Origin: Fibrobacteria bacterium | Lineage (GTDB): Bacteria; Fibrobacterota; Fibrobacteria; UBA11236; JADFYW01 | Reading direction: 5' to 3' | Assembly (NCBI GenBank): GCA_050294405.1 | Contig: JBNKOC010000026.1 | Location: forward strand, 1-64,000 | Length of the DNA stretch: 64,000 bases | In this document: piece by piece, positions 41,574 through 51,701 of the stretch | Layout: the number at the start of each line of letters is the position of its first letter | Numbering within the stretch: the stretch's first letter is position 1 | Program-made: the position numbers and the translations under genes | Notes under the pieces: model-generated | The model's input: only the letters and a program-made list of their open reading frames with translations | Databases searched by the model: none | What the model was told of the DNA's origin: nothing

Positions 41574-42605
41574 ATGAAATACGCAGATGCCGGTGTGGAC
41601 ATTGCAAAAGCAGATAAGGCAATGGCCACCATTAAAGGCATGGTTAAAAGCACTTTTACCCCCAATGTAATGGCAGATTTTGGAAATTTTGGAGGGCTTT
41701 TTTCCCTGGCTGGACTCAATTTAAAAGAACCCATTTTAGTGGCTTCTGTAGATGGCGTGGGAACCAAGCTTAAAATAGGCATCGACATGGGAAAATACCA
41801 TTGCCCCGGCGAAGATATTGTAAACCACTGTGTGGACGATATTTTAGTGCAAGGAGCCTTTCCTCTGTTTTTTCTGGACTATTACGCTACGGGCGTTTTG
41901 GAGGGCGATGTGCTGGCCGGAGTGATTGAAGGAATTTCTAAAGCCTGCCGCGAAAATAAATGTGCTTTGTTAGGTGGCGAAACCGCCGAAATGCCCGGCT
42001 TTTATCAAAAAGGTGATTTTGATTTGGCCGGCACTATTGTAGGTGTGGTAGATAAAGAAAATTTAATTGATGGTAAAAAAATCAAAATTGGCGATAACAT
42101 TTTAGGTTTGTCCTCAACGGGATTGCACACCAATGGCTACTCTCTTGCCCGCAAAGTATTGCTGGAAAAAGCGGGCTTTAAGCTCGATGATATTGCTGAG
42201 GGCATGAATAAAAGTATTGGAGAGCTTTTGGTGGAGCCACACCGCTCCTATTTAACCCCCTTGCTTCCGTTAATTAATGAAAAAAAAATAAATGGACTTG
42301 TTCATATTACAGGTGGAGGATTTCAGGGAAATATCCCCCGTGTTTTACCTGACAATGTGAAGGTGCGCATAGATAAAACCTGGGACGTGCCCGGTATTTT
42401 TAAACTTATTCAGAAAGAAGGCGATGTTCCTGAAGAGGAAATGTACAAGACCTTTAACATGGGAATTGGCATGGCCGTTATCGTTTCTAAAGAAAACAAA
42501 GCTGCCGTAAAATCCCAGTTGGAAAAAGTAGGCGAAGCTGTTTTTGAAATCGGCGAAGTTATCGCCAGGGACGACGTTAACGGCGAAAGGGTTATTTTTA
42601 GTTAA
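41574..42605 (+). CDS. purM: Phosphoribosylformylglycinamidine cyclo-ligase
   Basis: YADAGVDI, DGVGTKL, GGETAEMPG, GLHTNGYSL, HITGGG, TFNMGIG. Confidence 0.97.
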   Translation: MKYADAGVDIAKADKAMATIKGMVKSTFTPNVMADFGNFGGLFSLAGLNLKEPILVASVDGVGTKLKIGIDMGKYHCPGEDIVNHCVDDILVQGAFPLFFLDYYATGVLEGDVLAGVIEGISKACRENKCALLGGETAEMPGFYQKGDFDLAGTIVGVVDKENLIDGKKIKIGDNILGLSSTGLHTNGYSLARKVLLEKAGFKLDDIAEGMNKSIGELLVEPHRSYLTPLLPLINEKKINGLVHITGGGFQGNIPRVLPDNVKVRIDKTWDVPGIFKLIQKEGDVPEEEMYKTFNMGIGMAVIVSKENKAAVKSQLEKVGEAVFEIGEVIARDDVNGERVIFS

Positions 42606-44033
42606 ATGGCAACAGGAACATTAAAGCTATTTAATTCCGCCTCCCGAAAAAAAGAAGAATTTTCGGCTCAGAACCCTCCTAAGGTTCAGATGTATTGCTG
42701 TGGGCCCACTGTATACAATTACGCCCATATTGGAAATCTGCGCACTTATGTGTTTGAAGATTTTTTGCGACGGGTATTGGAGTACAAAGGATATGAAGTG
42801 AACCATGTGGTAAACATCACCGATGTGGGACACTTAACATCTGATGCGGATAGCGGAGAAGACAAACTGGAAAAAGGAGCCCTACGGGAAGGCAAATCCG
42901 TTTGGGAAATCGCTGAGCAATACACCCAGGAATTCCAAAAAGACTGGAAGCTGTTAAATTTAAAAGAACCCAGCCAATGGCCCAAAGCCACTGACCATAT
43001 CCAGGAACAAATTGAGCTGATTCAAAACCTCGAAGCTAAGGGATACACTTATCAAATTGAAGATGGACTTTATTTTGATACGGCTAAGTTTCCAGCATAT
43101 GCCGATTTTGCCAAGCTAGATGTGGCCAATCAGGAAGCGGGCATTCGCGTTTCTGCTGAAGGCAAAAAAAGTCCCACAGATTTTGCGCTGTGGAAGTTCT
43201 CACCTAAAGACAAACAAAGAGCCATGGAATGGAAGTCTCCCTGGGGCACTGGTTTTCCTGGCTGGCATGTGGAATGCTCGGCCATGGCCATGAAGCATTT
43301 GGGTGAAACTCTGGATATCCACTGCGGGGGAACTGACCATTTAAAAGTCCACCACACCAATGAGATTGCCCAATCCGAATGCGCCACTGGCAAAAAATTT
43401 GCCCGCTTCTGGATTCACGGAGGCTGGCTTTTGGAAAGCAAAGAAGATGGTGGCCCCGGTAAAATGTCCAAATCCAACGACAGTTTTGTAAGGCTGGCTA
43501 CCTTAATAGACAATGGCTTTTCAGCCTTGGATTACCGGTTTTTCTGCATGACTTCCCATTACCGCAATTACCTGAATTTTAGTTGGGATGCCCTGGAATC
43601 AGCCCGTGACTCTTTAAAAAAGCTAAGAGCAAAAGTATCCAGTTACAACCAACAACAAATGCCCTTAAAGTCCGAACTGGCCCTTAGCTGGAGAGAAAAA
43701 TTCGAAGACGCCATCGGAGATGATTTAAACATCCCCAAGGCCCTGGGTATTTTTAACAGCATGCTAAAGGATGCCGATTTACTGGATGCCGAAAAGGGTT
43801 CCTTGATTGAATTATTCGACAGAGTTTTTGGTTTGGATTTGACTAAATCCCAAGAAAAGGAAAATTCACAGGATACCCTCCCAACCGATTTATTTAATTT
43901 GTTGGAGGAAAGAAAAAAGGCCAGGGAAAACAAAGATTTTAAAAAGTCAGATGAAATCCGGGATATTTTTAAAGACAATGGGTTTCTTTTAAAGGACAGT
44001 CCTACTGGCACAACTTGGGAAAAGATTGTATAA
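42606..44033 (+). CDS. cysS: Cysteine--tRNA ligase
   Basis: [40 protein letters not shown]. Confidence 0.98.
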   Translation: MATGTLKLFNSASRKKEEFSAQNPPKVQMYCCGPTVYNYAHIGNLRTYVFEDFLRRVLEYKGYEVNHVVNITDVGHLTSDADSGEDKLEKGALREGKSVWEIAEQYTQEFQKDWKLLNLKEPSQWPKATDHIQEQIELIQNLEAKGYTYQIEDGLYFDTAKFPAYADFAKLDVANQEAGIRVSAEGKKSPTDFALWKFSPKDKQRAMEWKSPWGTGFPGWHVECSAMAMKHLGETLDIHCGGTDHLKVHHTNEIAQSECATGKKFARFWIHGGWLLESKEDGGPGKMSKSNDSFVRLATLIDNGFSALDYRFFCMTSHYRNYLNFSWDALESARDSLKKLRAKVSSYNQQQMPLKSELALSWREKFEDAIGDDLNIPKALGIFNSMLKDADLLDAEKGSLIELFDRVFGLDLTKSQEKENSQDTLPTDLFNLLEERKKARENKDFKKSDEIRDIFKDNGFLLKDSPTGTTWEKIV

Positions 44034-44068
44034 CCATAGAATCCATTAAAATGCACAAGGAGAAAAAG

Positions 44069-44665
44069 GTGATTCAAAGCATGGATAGCAAAAAAGACGA
44101 TAAAGACAAAAAAGACGAAGGCTCTTTGGAAAAAGAAATCCATGAAAGCTTTTTAAAATCCCGCAAAGTATTTTTGTGGGGAGCTGTGGATGATGAATCT
44201 TCCGAAAAAATCGTTAAACAATTGCTATTCCTTGACTCAAAAGAACAAAGCGACATTTACTTTTATATCAACAGTCCCGGCGGAGTCATTACCGCAGGCA
44301 TGGCCATTTACGATTGCATGCAAGCCATTAAATCCGATGTTTGGACTATCGTTGCCGGTCAAGCCGCCAGTATGGGAGCGGTGCTTTTAGCCGGCGGAGC
44401 CGCGGGAAAAAGAGTTTCCTGGCCCAGCTCCCGGGTTATGATCCACCAGCCCTTAATTTCCGGTCAAATGTACGGGCCCGCTTCCGACATCCAGATTCAG
44501 GCAGAAGAAATGTTGCGTATCCGTCAGGAGCTTAACGCAATTTTGGCTAAACACTGCAACAAAGCTCCCGAAGATATTGAACGGGACACCGAACGGGATA
44601 ATTTTATGACTTCTGCCGAAGCCAAAAAATACGGCTTGGTAGACTCTATTGAAACAAAACTCTAA
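44069..44665 (+). CDS. clpP: ATP-dependent Clp protease proteolytic subunit
   Basis: YINSPGG, AASMGA (Ser), MIHQP (His), RDNF (Asp); GTG 44069 follows an AAGGAG SD. Confidence 0.96.
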   Translation: MIQSMDSKKDDKDKKDEGSLEKEIHESFLKSRKVFLWGAVDDESSEKIVKQLLFLDSKEQSDIYFYINSPGGVITAGMAIYDCMQAIKSDVWTIVAGQAASMGAVLLAGGAAGKRVSWPSSRVMIHQPLISGQMYGPASDIQIQAEEMLRIRQELNAILAKHCNKAPEDIERDTERDNFMTSAEAKKYGLVDSIETKL

Positions 44666-44697
44666 GCTATTTTACAGCTTGAGTACTAAAAAAAATC

Positions 44698-45663
44698 ATG
44701 GGCCTATTTTCCAAAGTTCACAGCGGTTTATCAAAGACCCGTGAAAATATGTTCCGCAATTTGCGGGGCGCTTTTGGTAAGGGAAAACTTACCGAGGATA
44801 CTTTAGAAAATCTGGAAGAGCTTTTAATCGGCGCCGATATTTCCTTTGAAATTGTGGAAGAAATTGTGGGCTCCGTACGCAAACGCTGCTTGGGAATGTT
44901 TTTATCCAACGCCGAGCTCATGAGTTTTATGGCAGAAGAAACCAAAAAGTTTATTCTGGAGCCCAAAGAAATTCCCCAGGACAATAAACCCCATGTTATT
45001 CTAATTATGGGCGTAAATGGAGTGGGCAAAACCACCTCCATTGCCAAGCTGGCCAACTTCTACAAATCAAAAGGTAAAAAAGTTTTGCTGGCTGCAGGCG
45101 ACACCTTTCGCGCCGGGGCAATTGAGCAATTGGACGTGTGGAGCCAACGAGTTGGTGTGGACATTGTAAAACACCAAGAAAAATCCGATGCGGCAGCAGT
45201 TATTTACGACGCTTACGAGGCTGCTAAATCCCGCGGCCACGATATTATTTTGGTGGACACCGCAGGCAGACTTCACAATAAAGACCATCTCATGGAAGAG
45301 ATGAAAAAAATAATTCGGGTGCTCAAAAAACACGATGAGGCACTCCCCCACGAAGTGTTAATGGTTCTGGATGGAAACGTGGGACAAAATGCCATCCCTC
45401 AGGCTAAAGCTTTTAATGCAGTCCAAGCTTTGGACGGCTTTATCATTACCAAGCTGGATGGTACTGCAAAAGGCGGCGCTTTAATTTCCACCAATTGGGA
45501 GCTAAAAATCCCTGTAAAATGGATTGGTGTTGGCGAAGGAATTAATGATTTAATCCCCTTTTCTCCTCTGGAATACGCCAAAGGGCTTTTTGAAGATGAA
45601 GAAGTGGATATCCCACTGGAGCAACAAAAAGTGGAAGGCAAATTCAGAGGGTTAGAAATTTAA
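44698..45663 (+). CDS. ftsY: Signal recognition particle receptor FtsY
   Basis: GL.KTR, GVNGVGKTTSIAKLA, DTFRAGA, DTAGRLH, TKLDGTAKGG. Confidence 0.97.
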   Translation: MGLFSKVHSGLSKTRENMFRNLRGAFGKGKLTEDTLENLEELLIGADISFEIVEEIVGSVRKRCLGMFLSNAELMSFMAEETKKFILEPKEIPQDNKPHVILIMGVNGVGKTTSIAKLANFYKSKGKKVLLAAGDTFRAGAIEQLDVWSQRVGVDIVKHQEKSDAAAVIYDAYEAAKSRGHDIILVDTAGRLHNKDHLMEEMKKIIRVLKKHDEALPHEVLMVLDGNVGQNAIPQAKAFNAVQALDGFIITKLDGTAKGGALISTNWELKIPVKWIGVGEGINDLIPFSPLEYAKGLFEDEEVDIPLEQQKVEGKFRGLEI

Positions 45664-45791
45664 AAGCTAAGGCCTTTTTAGTCCCAAAAATTAAAATTTT
45701 GTCATTTCGGATATATTTTATCTGGGTGGGCCAATGGAACAAAACCTGGATTTTTTGTATCTTGCTGCAATAAATTTCATATTAATAAAGC

Positions 45792-46124
45792 ATGAAAAAG
45801 CTGGTAAATACTTTTGTTTGGCTTGGCCTTTCTCTTAGCCTTTGGCATTGTAAAGAAAAACAAGTCGAAATTAAAAGCAACCTGGTAAATGTCTATACCG
45901 ACCTTTTGGTAGCGAAGTCCGTATACCAGGCCCAACCAGAAAAATTCTTGCAAATAAAAAATGCAGTTTTGGCAGGGAATGAGGTTAAATATCAAGAGCT
46001 GAAGGATTATCTCAAAGTAATTGAAAAATCCCCCCAGCTTTGGGTAAAGTTTCAGGAGCAAGTGTTGGAACGCATTAAGGAAATTGAATCTCAGGAAGGA
46101 AAAGGAGCACCTAATGGCAAGTGA
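45792..46124 (+). CDS. Small helical lipoprotein (possibly DUF4296-like)
   Basis: Lipobox-like LWH-C20; amphipathic helices (NVYTDLLVA); overlaps the trxA start. Confidence 0.55.
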   Translation: MKKLVNTFVWLGLSLSLWHCKEKQVEIKSNLVNVYTDLLVAKSVYQAQPEKFLQIKNAVLAGNEVKYQELKDYLKVIEKSPQLWVKFQEQVLERIKEIESQEGKGAPNGK

Positions 46125-46446
46125 AAATATTGTTGAATTGTCTGACGACAATTTTAATAGCGAAGTAGAACAACAAAGCGGAGCGGTTTTAGTTGATTTC
46201 TGGGCGCCCTGGTGCGGACCCTGCAGAATGGTTGCCCCTATTGTAGACGAATTATCCACCGAATACTCCGGTAAAATTAAAGTGGGTAAATTAAATACCG
46301 ACGAAGCGCCTCAAGTTGCTATGAAATACGGCATTCGCAGCATTCCCACTTTAATCATCTTCAAAGATGGCCAGCCTGCCGAACAAATTGTGGGTGCTGT
46401 TCCAAAAGATCATATTGAAGAGAAACTCGAAAAAGTAATAGGATAA
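46114..46446 (+). CDS. trxA: Thioredoxin
   Basis: [25 protein letters not shown] 46114 after AAGGAG. Confidence 0.96.
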   Translation: MASENIVELSDDNFNSEVEQQSGAVLVDFWAPWCGPCRMVAPIVDELSTEYSGKIKVGKLNTDEAPQVAMKYGIRSIPTLIIFKDGQPAEQIVGAVPKDHIEEKLEKVIG

Positions 46447-46449
46447 TAA

Positions 46450-46944
46450 ATGTCCTCATTTAAAATCATATTGCTGATGTTAGGGATATTCAGTTGGCCT
46501 ATTCTGGCCAACTCTCCCAACCAGATAGAATGGTCTGATTTTGATGAAGGCCTTAAAAAAGCAAAGAGGGAGAACAAATACATATTTATCGATTTTTATG
46601 CCGACTGGTGTAAAATCTGCAAAGAGTTCGAGGCCACCACCCTTAAACTTCCCGAAGTGGCAAAAGAGCTCAATCAAAATTTCGTCAGTGTTAAAGTCAA
46701 CACTGACAGCCAGAAACAAGTTGTATGGAAAGATAAAAAAATGTCCATGCAGGAATTTAGCGGAAAGCTCAATGTAGGGGCGCTTCCCACTATGATGTAC
46801 TTAAGCCCCGAATACGATGTATTGGGAAGTTATTCCTCCTATGCAGACGGTGACCTGTTTTTAAATTTATTAACATACATATCCTCTGGGTCGCGATCTG
46901 CAAATCTCTCCTTCGAGGAATTTTTAGAAAATAAGAAAAAATGA
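46450..46944 (+). CDS. Exported thioredoxin-fold protein (SoxW-like)
   Basis: Signal peptide; AK.ENKYIFIDFYADWCKICK; cis-Pro ALPT. Confidence 0.8.
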   Translation: MSSFKIILLMLGIFSWPILANSPNQIEWSDFDEGLKKAKRENKYIFIDFYADWCKICKEFEATTLKLPEVAKELNQNFVSVKVNTDSQKQVVWKDKKMSMQEFSGKLNVGALPTMMYLSPEYDVLGSYSSYADGDLFLNLLTYISSGSRSANLSFEEFLENKKK

Positions 46945-48137
46945 TTTTTTTGTTTTGGGCCGGGGTATTTTTATTTCTCCATTCCTACATAGTTTACCCC
47001 CTCACCCTTCCCATTTTGGGCTGGGTTTTTAAGAGGAATAGGGTTAAGCTCAACTCCACCGAATACAAAGTTTCCATTTTAATATCCGCTTATAACGAAG
47101 AAGAAGTTATTGAAGACAAAATCAATAATTGCCTGAGCCTTGATTACCCCAAAGAGCAGTTAGAAATTATTGTGGGCTCAGATGGTTCCACAGACAACAC
47201 CAATAGCATACTGGATAAGTTTTCTAACGTCCCCAATATCAAGGTTTTTAAGTTTGAAGAGCGCAGCGGTAAATCTGCGGTGCTCAATAAAATTTACCAG
47301 CAATCCACAGGTGACATCCTTTTATTTTGCGATGCCAATACTATGTTCCTTAAAAACGCCTTGCAAAAGTTGATTATGAATTTTGCAGATCCTAAAGTAG
47401 GCTGTGCCTGCGGGCGTTTGATCTTAAAAGATTCTTCGGGTTCCAGCCTTGGAAAAGGAGAAAGCCTCTATTGGAGCATTGAATCTGAAATCAAAAACAT
47501 GGAAGGAAAATTGGGAATCGTTGTGGGAGCAAACGGGGGAATTTATGCCCTTCGCCGGGAGTTGTTCCAAAAAATCCCGGAAAACAAAGTGGTGATGGAT
47601 GATTTTTATATAACCACCAACGTTTTAAAAAGCGGAAAAGAAGTGGTTTACGAACCTCTGGCCATAGGAAGTGAAGAAACCTCAGTAGAGGCCTATGGGG
47701 AATTCAAACGAAAAGTGAGAATTGGTCACGCGAATTTTAATTTGTTTTTCAATTACTTAAAGTTGCTTAACCCCATGCGGGGCTTGGTAACCTACAGTTT
47801 TTTATCTCACAAATTAATCCGCTGGACAGGCCCCTTATTTTTAATCGCCATTTTAATTTTAAATGGCCTTATTCTTTTTCAGGATAGCGAATCCATTTTT
47901 TACTGGCTCATTGCCGGTCTGCAAGTCATTTTTTATGGCTCAGCCATCTCCGGTTATTTTTCTAATAAGAACAACCAATCTATGGGATTAATCGCTACCA
48001 TCCCCTTCTATTTTTTGAGTATGAATTTTGCCTTGCTTATGGGTATGTTTAAGGCGATTTTAGGTGAGAAACACGGAAGCTGGGAACGCATCCGCAGAAG
48101 TTATCACCATGAAGATGTACAAGCCGACAATTTATAA
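46941..48137 (+). CDS. Membrane glycosyltransferase family 2
   Basis: ISAYNEE, SDGSTD, GKS..LN, FCDAN, GANGGIYA.R, MDDF, RKVRI; N- and C-terminal TM helices. Confidence 0.9.
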   Translation: MIFLFWAGVFLFLHSYIVYPLTLPILGWVFKRNRVKLNSTEYKVSILISAYNEEEVIEDKINNCLSLDYPKEQLEIIVGSDGSTDNTNSILDKFSNVPNIKVFKFEERSGKSAVLNKIYQQSTGDILLFCDANTMFLKNALQKLIMNFADPKVGCACGRLILKDSSGSSLGKGESLYWSIESEIKNMEGKLGIVVGANGGIYALRRELFQKIPENKVVMDDFYITTNVLKSGKEVVYEPLAIGSEETSVEAYGEFKRKVRIGHANFNLFFNYLKLLNPMRGLVTYSFLSHKLIRWTGPLFLIAILILNGLILFQDSESIFYWLIAGLQVIFYGSAISGYFSNKNNQSMGLIATIPFYFLSMNFALLMGMFKAILGEKHGSWERIRRSYHHEDVQADNL

Positions 48138-48561
48138 GCTATACGCTCTAATTCTTTTTTTTCACTTTTCTTTGCCCGCCCAGGCTAAGCTGGCCTTTGT
48201 AGCCACGGGAGGAACATCCCAAGACTCGGGAACTGTCTCTTTTGCCTATTCCATTTATGGCTATCACAAAGTGGATGAACAAACTTTAATTGGCCTTCAT
48301 TCCGGCAGCCAGCAGGGGGGAATCCCCATTTTAGCCAGCCTTTATGTGCGACTACCTTTGGGAGGTGTCATATTGCCAGTCGCCCTTGGTGATATCGGTT
48401 ATTTTCACCACGATGATAACCCAGGCTTTTTATGGAAAGCCGGTGGTGGCCTGGATTGGAAAAACGGGCGTTACTCCAGCATTTTAATTTTAGGCGGCTG
48501 GGAAGATGGGCCTAATGGAGCTGCTGTTTATTCAAGAATAGGGGTTATGATTGAATTTTAG
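48109..48561 (+). CDS. Small exported beta-rich protein (small OM barrel-like)
   Basis: Signal peptide ending AQA; Gly/aromatic strands; terminal Phe (RIGVMIEF); start 48109 or 48115. Confidence 0.55.
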   Translation: MKMYKPTIYKLYALILFFHFSLPAQAKLAFVATGGTSQDSGTVSFAYSIYGYHKVDEQTLIGLHSGSQQGGIPILASLYVRLPLGGVILPVALGDIGYFHHDDNPGFLWKAGGGLDWKNGRYSSILILGGWEDGPNGAAVYSRIGVMIEF

Positions 48562-50242
48562 AAAGCAATACATAATCACATAATTTTGGATCTTCTTTAA
48601 AAAATTGTTTGCCCAGTCGAATCATGTTAATGCTCTTATTATTGGATAGTTTTTGAAAAATCAGCTCGACTGTATCTTCGTTTTCCCAGATAACTGCCTG
48701 AAATTTTCCAAAACCTTCGCATTGAGCCTCCCCTGTGGATTTGCCTGCCCCGGAAAGCTTTGAGTTTCGACCAATAACATGGCCAAATAAATCTCGGGGA
48801 GATTTTGAAATGTCTTCCACCTGCAATGTAATTAGCCAGAGGCCACTGTCATTAAAATGCAATCGGTTTTGCAAGCGCAAATTGCTGTCTAAATAATTAT
48901 GGGCGTAATATCCGGGAGCAAGCGAGTCCAAATCGATGTTGTAGTGGATTGCCTTTAAGGTTTGCACATTTTCTCCCCAGGGCACCAAATAATGCCCTAA
49001 ATCCAAATATTGAGAAATGGTTCCCTCATTGCCCTGGTTGCTTTCTGACTCCCTTATGGCCTTTTCCTCAGGGCGTTGCCTTGTTTTTAAAAGCAAAGAA
49101 TCCAAAAGGGCAATTCTATCAATGGCTTTTTCTCTGAGTTCGTTTAGCCCTTCCATTTCGGGATCAATAGCCAGGGCAAAATCAAAGGCATGTACAGCAT
49201 GGGCGTTTAAATCCCGTTTCATGTAAGCCTGGCCCAGAGCCATCCATAACAAAGGCTCATCGGGATATTTTTTTGTTAATGGATCTAAAATTTCAATAGC
49301 CACAGTGGCCTCTTCAAAATCCCTGTCAATGGGATTTAACATTTGGGTTAAAGGGGTTCGAGGCGGTTTTTTTCCCAATGTTTCCAGAGCCCACTTATAG
49401 TTGGCATTGCTTGAGTCTAATTTTAAAAGATCCAACAACTTGGATTTGGCCAAGTCCAGGTTTTCTGTAACTTCCCATAATAAGGCCTCCACAAATTTTA
49501 ATAGATCAGATTCCATACCTACTTTTTTACAGTGATCTAAAACCAAGCCAGCGCTGTCATCCACACCTCGTTTATAATACACCCAGGCTAAATTTTCGTA
49601 AGCCTCCACCATTTTCCCCTGGCTTAAAGATATGGCCAGTTGAAATTCATATTGGGCTTCTAAAAATTTTTCCTTGTGCAAAAAAAATTTTCCCTTATTA
49701 ACATGAGGTTTGGGATACATGGGAGAAAAATCACTGGCCAATTCAAATTGAATAAATGAGCTATCCAAATTTCCTATTTCCCACAAATATTCACCTAATG
49801 CGTTTCTATAATAAGGATGGCCGGGATCCAATTTGGCCATGTTATTAAAACAATTTATTAATTGTCCCAGGTGTTTTTTACTGGGGGCTTCGGATTTTAG
49901 CCAGGCTATTTTTTGCAAATACGCCGCTACAGCCGATTTATTTTGACGAAGCAATTCATCCAAAGCTGTAAAAGCAGGCTCCTTTTGACCGGATTTATAA
50001 TAATCTCTGGCTCGTTCCAGTAAGTTTTGTTCGTATGCGCTTAATTTCTTGAGTTCACCGCTAAAACCATAAGCCCGGCCTGAAGGCAAATAATTTTCTC
50101 CATCCAATCCAAAAGGAAAACTCTCAAACTGCACAAGGCTATTTTCCCGTTGGGATTCTTTTTGGGATAAAACAAAAAATCCAATTCCCGCCAAAACCAC
50201 AACCAGGGCTATCCAGGATATAATAAGCCTAAATTTTTCCAT
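48545..50242 (-). CDS. Membrane-anchored tetratricopeptide-repeat protein
   Basis: N-terminal TM helix; TPR-like units (LDPGHP..NALG, AYENLAWVY, LWMALGQAY..ALAIDP). Confidence 0.75.
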   Translation of the reverse strand: MEKFRLIISWIALVVVLAGIGFFVLSQKESQRENSLVQFESFPFGLDGENYLPSGRAYGFSGELKKLSAYEQNLLERARDYYKSGQKEPAFTALDELLRQNKSAVAAYLQKIAWLKSEAPSKKHLGQLINCFNNMAKLDPGHPYYRNALGEYLWEIGNLDSSFIQFELASDFSPMYPKPHVNKGKFFLHKEKFLEAQYEFQLAISLSQGKMVEAYENLAWVYYKRGVDDSAGLVLDHCKKVGMESDLLKFVEALLWEVTENLDLAKSKLLDLLKLDSSNANYKWALETLGKKPPRTPLTQMLNPIDRDFEEATVAIEILDPLTKKYPDEPLLWMALGQAYMKRDLNAHAVHAFDFALAIDPEMEGLNELREKAIDRIALLDSLLLKTRQRPEEKAIRESESNQGNEGTISQYLDLGHYLVPWGENVQTLKAIHYNIDLDSLAPGYYAHNYLDSNLRLQNRLHFNDSGLWLITLQVEDISKSPRDLFGHVIGRNSKLSGAGKSTGEAQCEGFGKFQAVIWENEDTVELIFQKLSNNKSINMIRLGKQFFKEDPKLCDYVLLSKIQS

Positions 50243-50245
50243 CTA

Positions 50246-50262
50246 ACTGATTATAAATCAGT
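50246..50262. promoter_or_regulatory. Palindrome, candidate operator
   Basis: ACTGATT-ATA-AATCAGT, 3 nt upstream of the TPR gene start. Confidence 0.35.
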
Positions 50263-50540
50263 CTTGCGAGCAATTTCACTAGGAGGATGCGGGAATTTTG
50301 GGTTTTTACAGGGGAGGATAGACTGAAACTCACTTTTCGAAAGGACCAAAAAGTTATCGGCAATACTTGCCTGTCTCATTTGCTCCGGAAATCCCACGGG
50401 CTTCGATTTGTTAAACTAAGCATATTGTCCGATTAAGCAGATGGCTTGATATTCCTGGGTAAAGAATTTTCGCAGAGGCTTGGTTATAAAACCACCAAAA
50501 AAAAATTTAGGAGACTCCTAGAAATGGTCCAAGCAGGTTT

Positions 50541-51377
50541 TTAATCCGATCCGAAGGTGGAAAATGGGGTGAGCTTTTCCTTGGATTCTTTAGAACGCAG
50601 CAATTTTTTTAAGGCCTTATTTTTTATTTGGCGAACCCGCTCACGGGTTAGTTTTAGCTCTTTGCCAATTTCATCCAGAGTAAATTCTCTGGAGTAATTA
50701 ATGCCGTAATACATGCGTAAAACTTTTTGCTCGGGGTCTGACATTTCGTTAAGAACCGAATCTACCACCCGGCGCAATTCGCCCTTTTCATTTTCTTTAA
50801 CCTGGCCGCCATCGCCACCAATTACATCCAGCAAGGAACCAGCTCCTTCGTCTCCAGAAAAACCAGCTCCCGAAATGGGGGCATCAAGGCTTATGTCCAC
50901 TACCTTTTCCATGATTTCCACAATTTCCTGTTTGAAATCACGGAACTCTTCCATTTCCAAAGTTTTTTGGTAATTGCCGTTGTGGGACAAAAGGGCTTTT
51001 TTAAATTTGTTAACCAGAGTCAGCTTGTTGGGTGGAATCCGCATGGAACCCACTTGCTCAAAAAGAGCTTTTTGAATAGTCTGGCGAATCCACCACACGG
51101 CGTAAGAAATAAATTTAACATCCTTAGAAGGGTCGAATCTTTTTACTGCTTTAAAAAGACCCATGTTCCCTTCGTTGATGAGTTCAAGAAGAGTAAGGCC
51201 CCGACCGCGATATCTGCGGGCAATAGAAACAACAAAACGCAAATTCCCGACAATAAGGCGATGTATAGCTCTTTTATCGCCTTTTTTTACAAGCTTTAAA
51301 ATTTCTTTTTCCTCTTCAGGAGGGATTAAATCATACCGATCCAAATCCCGGAAATAGAGTTGCTCATTGTAATCCAC
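50541..51377 (-). CDS. RNA polymerase sigma-70 factor, RpoD/SigA-like, without region 1.1
   Basis: NLRFVVSIARRY, LINEGNMGL.KAV.RFD, FISYAVWWIRQ, ISLDAP, TLDEIG..L.LTRERVRQI; GTG start. Confidence 0.92.
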   Translation of the reverse strand: MDYNEQLYFRDLDRYDLIPPEEEKEILKLVKKGDKRAIHRLIVGNLRFVVSIARRYRGRGLTLLELINEGNMGLFKAVKRFDPSKDVKFISYAVWWIRQTIQKALFEQVGSMRIPPNKLTLVNKFKKALLSHNGNYQKTLEMEEFRDFKQEIVEIMEKVVDISLDAPISGAGFSGDEGAGSLLDVIGGDGGQVKENEKGELRRVVDSVLNEMSDPEQKVLRMYYGINYSREFTLDEIGKELKLTRERVRQIKNKALKKLLRSKESKEKLTPFSTFGSD

Positions 51378-51388
51378 TTTTGCTTTCC

Positions 51389-51682
51389 TTATGACAATTC
51401 CTTTAGATAGTCGTAGCTGTAAATTCCCGACTCATGGCCATCGTTCCACTTTATTCCCATGGCATATCGGCCAACATTAAAAATCTGGTTGGGACGCACA
51501 GCTTTATCAATCGAGTTTACATTTAAAATTTTATCACCTGTCCACTCATTAACGCAAGATGCACAGGGACAACTTATTCTCAATTTATATCCATTTAAAT
51601 CAGACTTACTGCCATCTTGCCAATGGATAACCAGATTATTTTCCCCTTTTTTGGCGATTTTTACTGGTGGATTCATTTTCAT
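51389..51682 (-). CDS. DUF971 / GBBH-like N-terminal domain protein
   Basis: I.W.DG, LR..CPCA.C, VGRYA..I.W.DGH.SGIYSY.YL. Confidence 0.88.
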   Translation of the reverse strand: MKMNPPVKIAKKGENNLVIHWQDGSKSDLNGYKLRISCPCASCVNEWTGDKILNVNSIDKAVRPNQIFNVGRYAMGIKWNDGHESGIYSYDYLKELS

Positions 51683-51701
51683 TCCATTTTTCCTTTAATT
51701 T

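Noticed and set aside
43643..44143. 166-aa minus-strand ORF across cysS/clpP (and 45777-46259 across trxA)
   Set aside because: Antisense to well-supported genes; their Phe/Ser-rich composition mirrors Lys/Glu codons on the other strand
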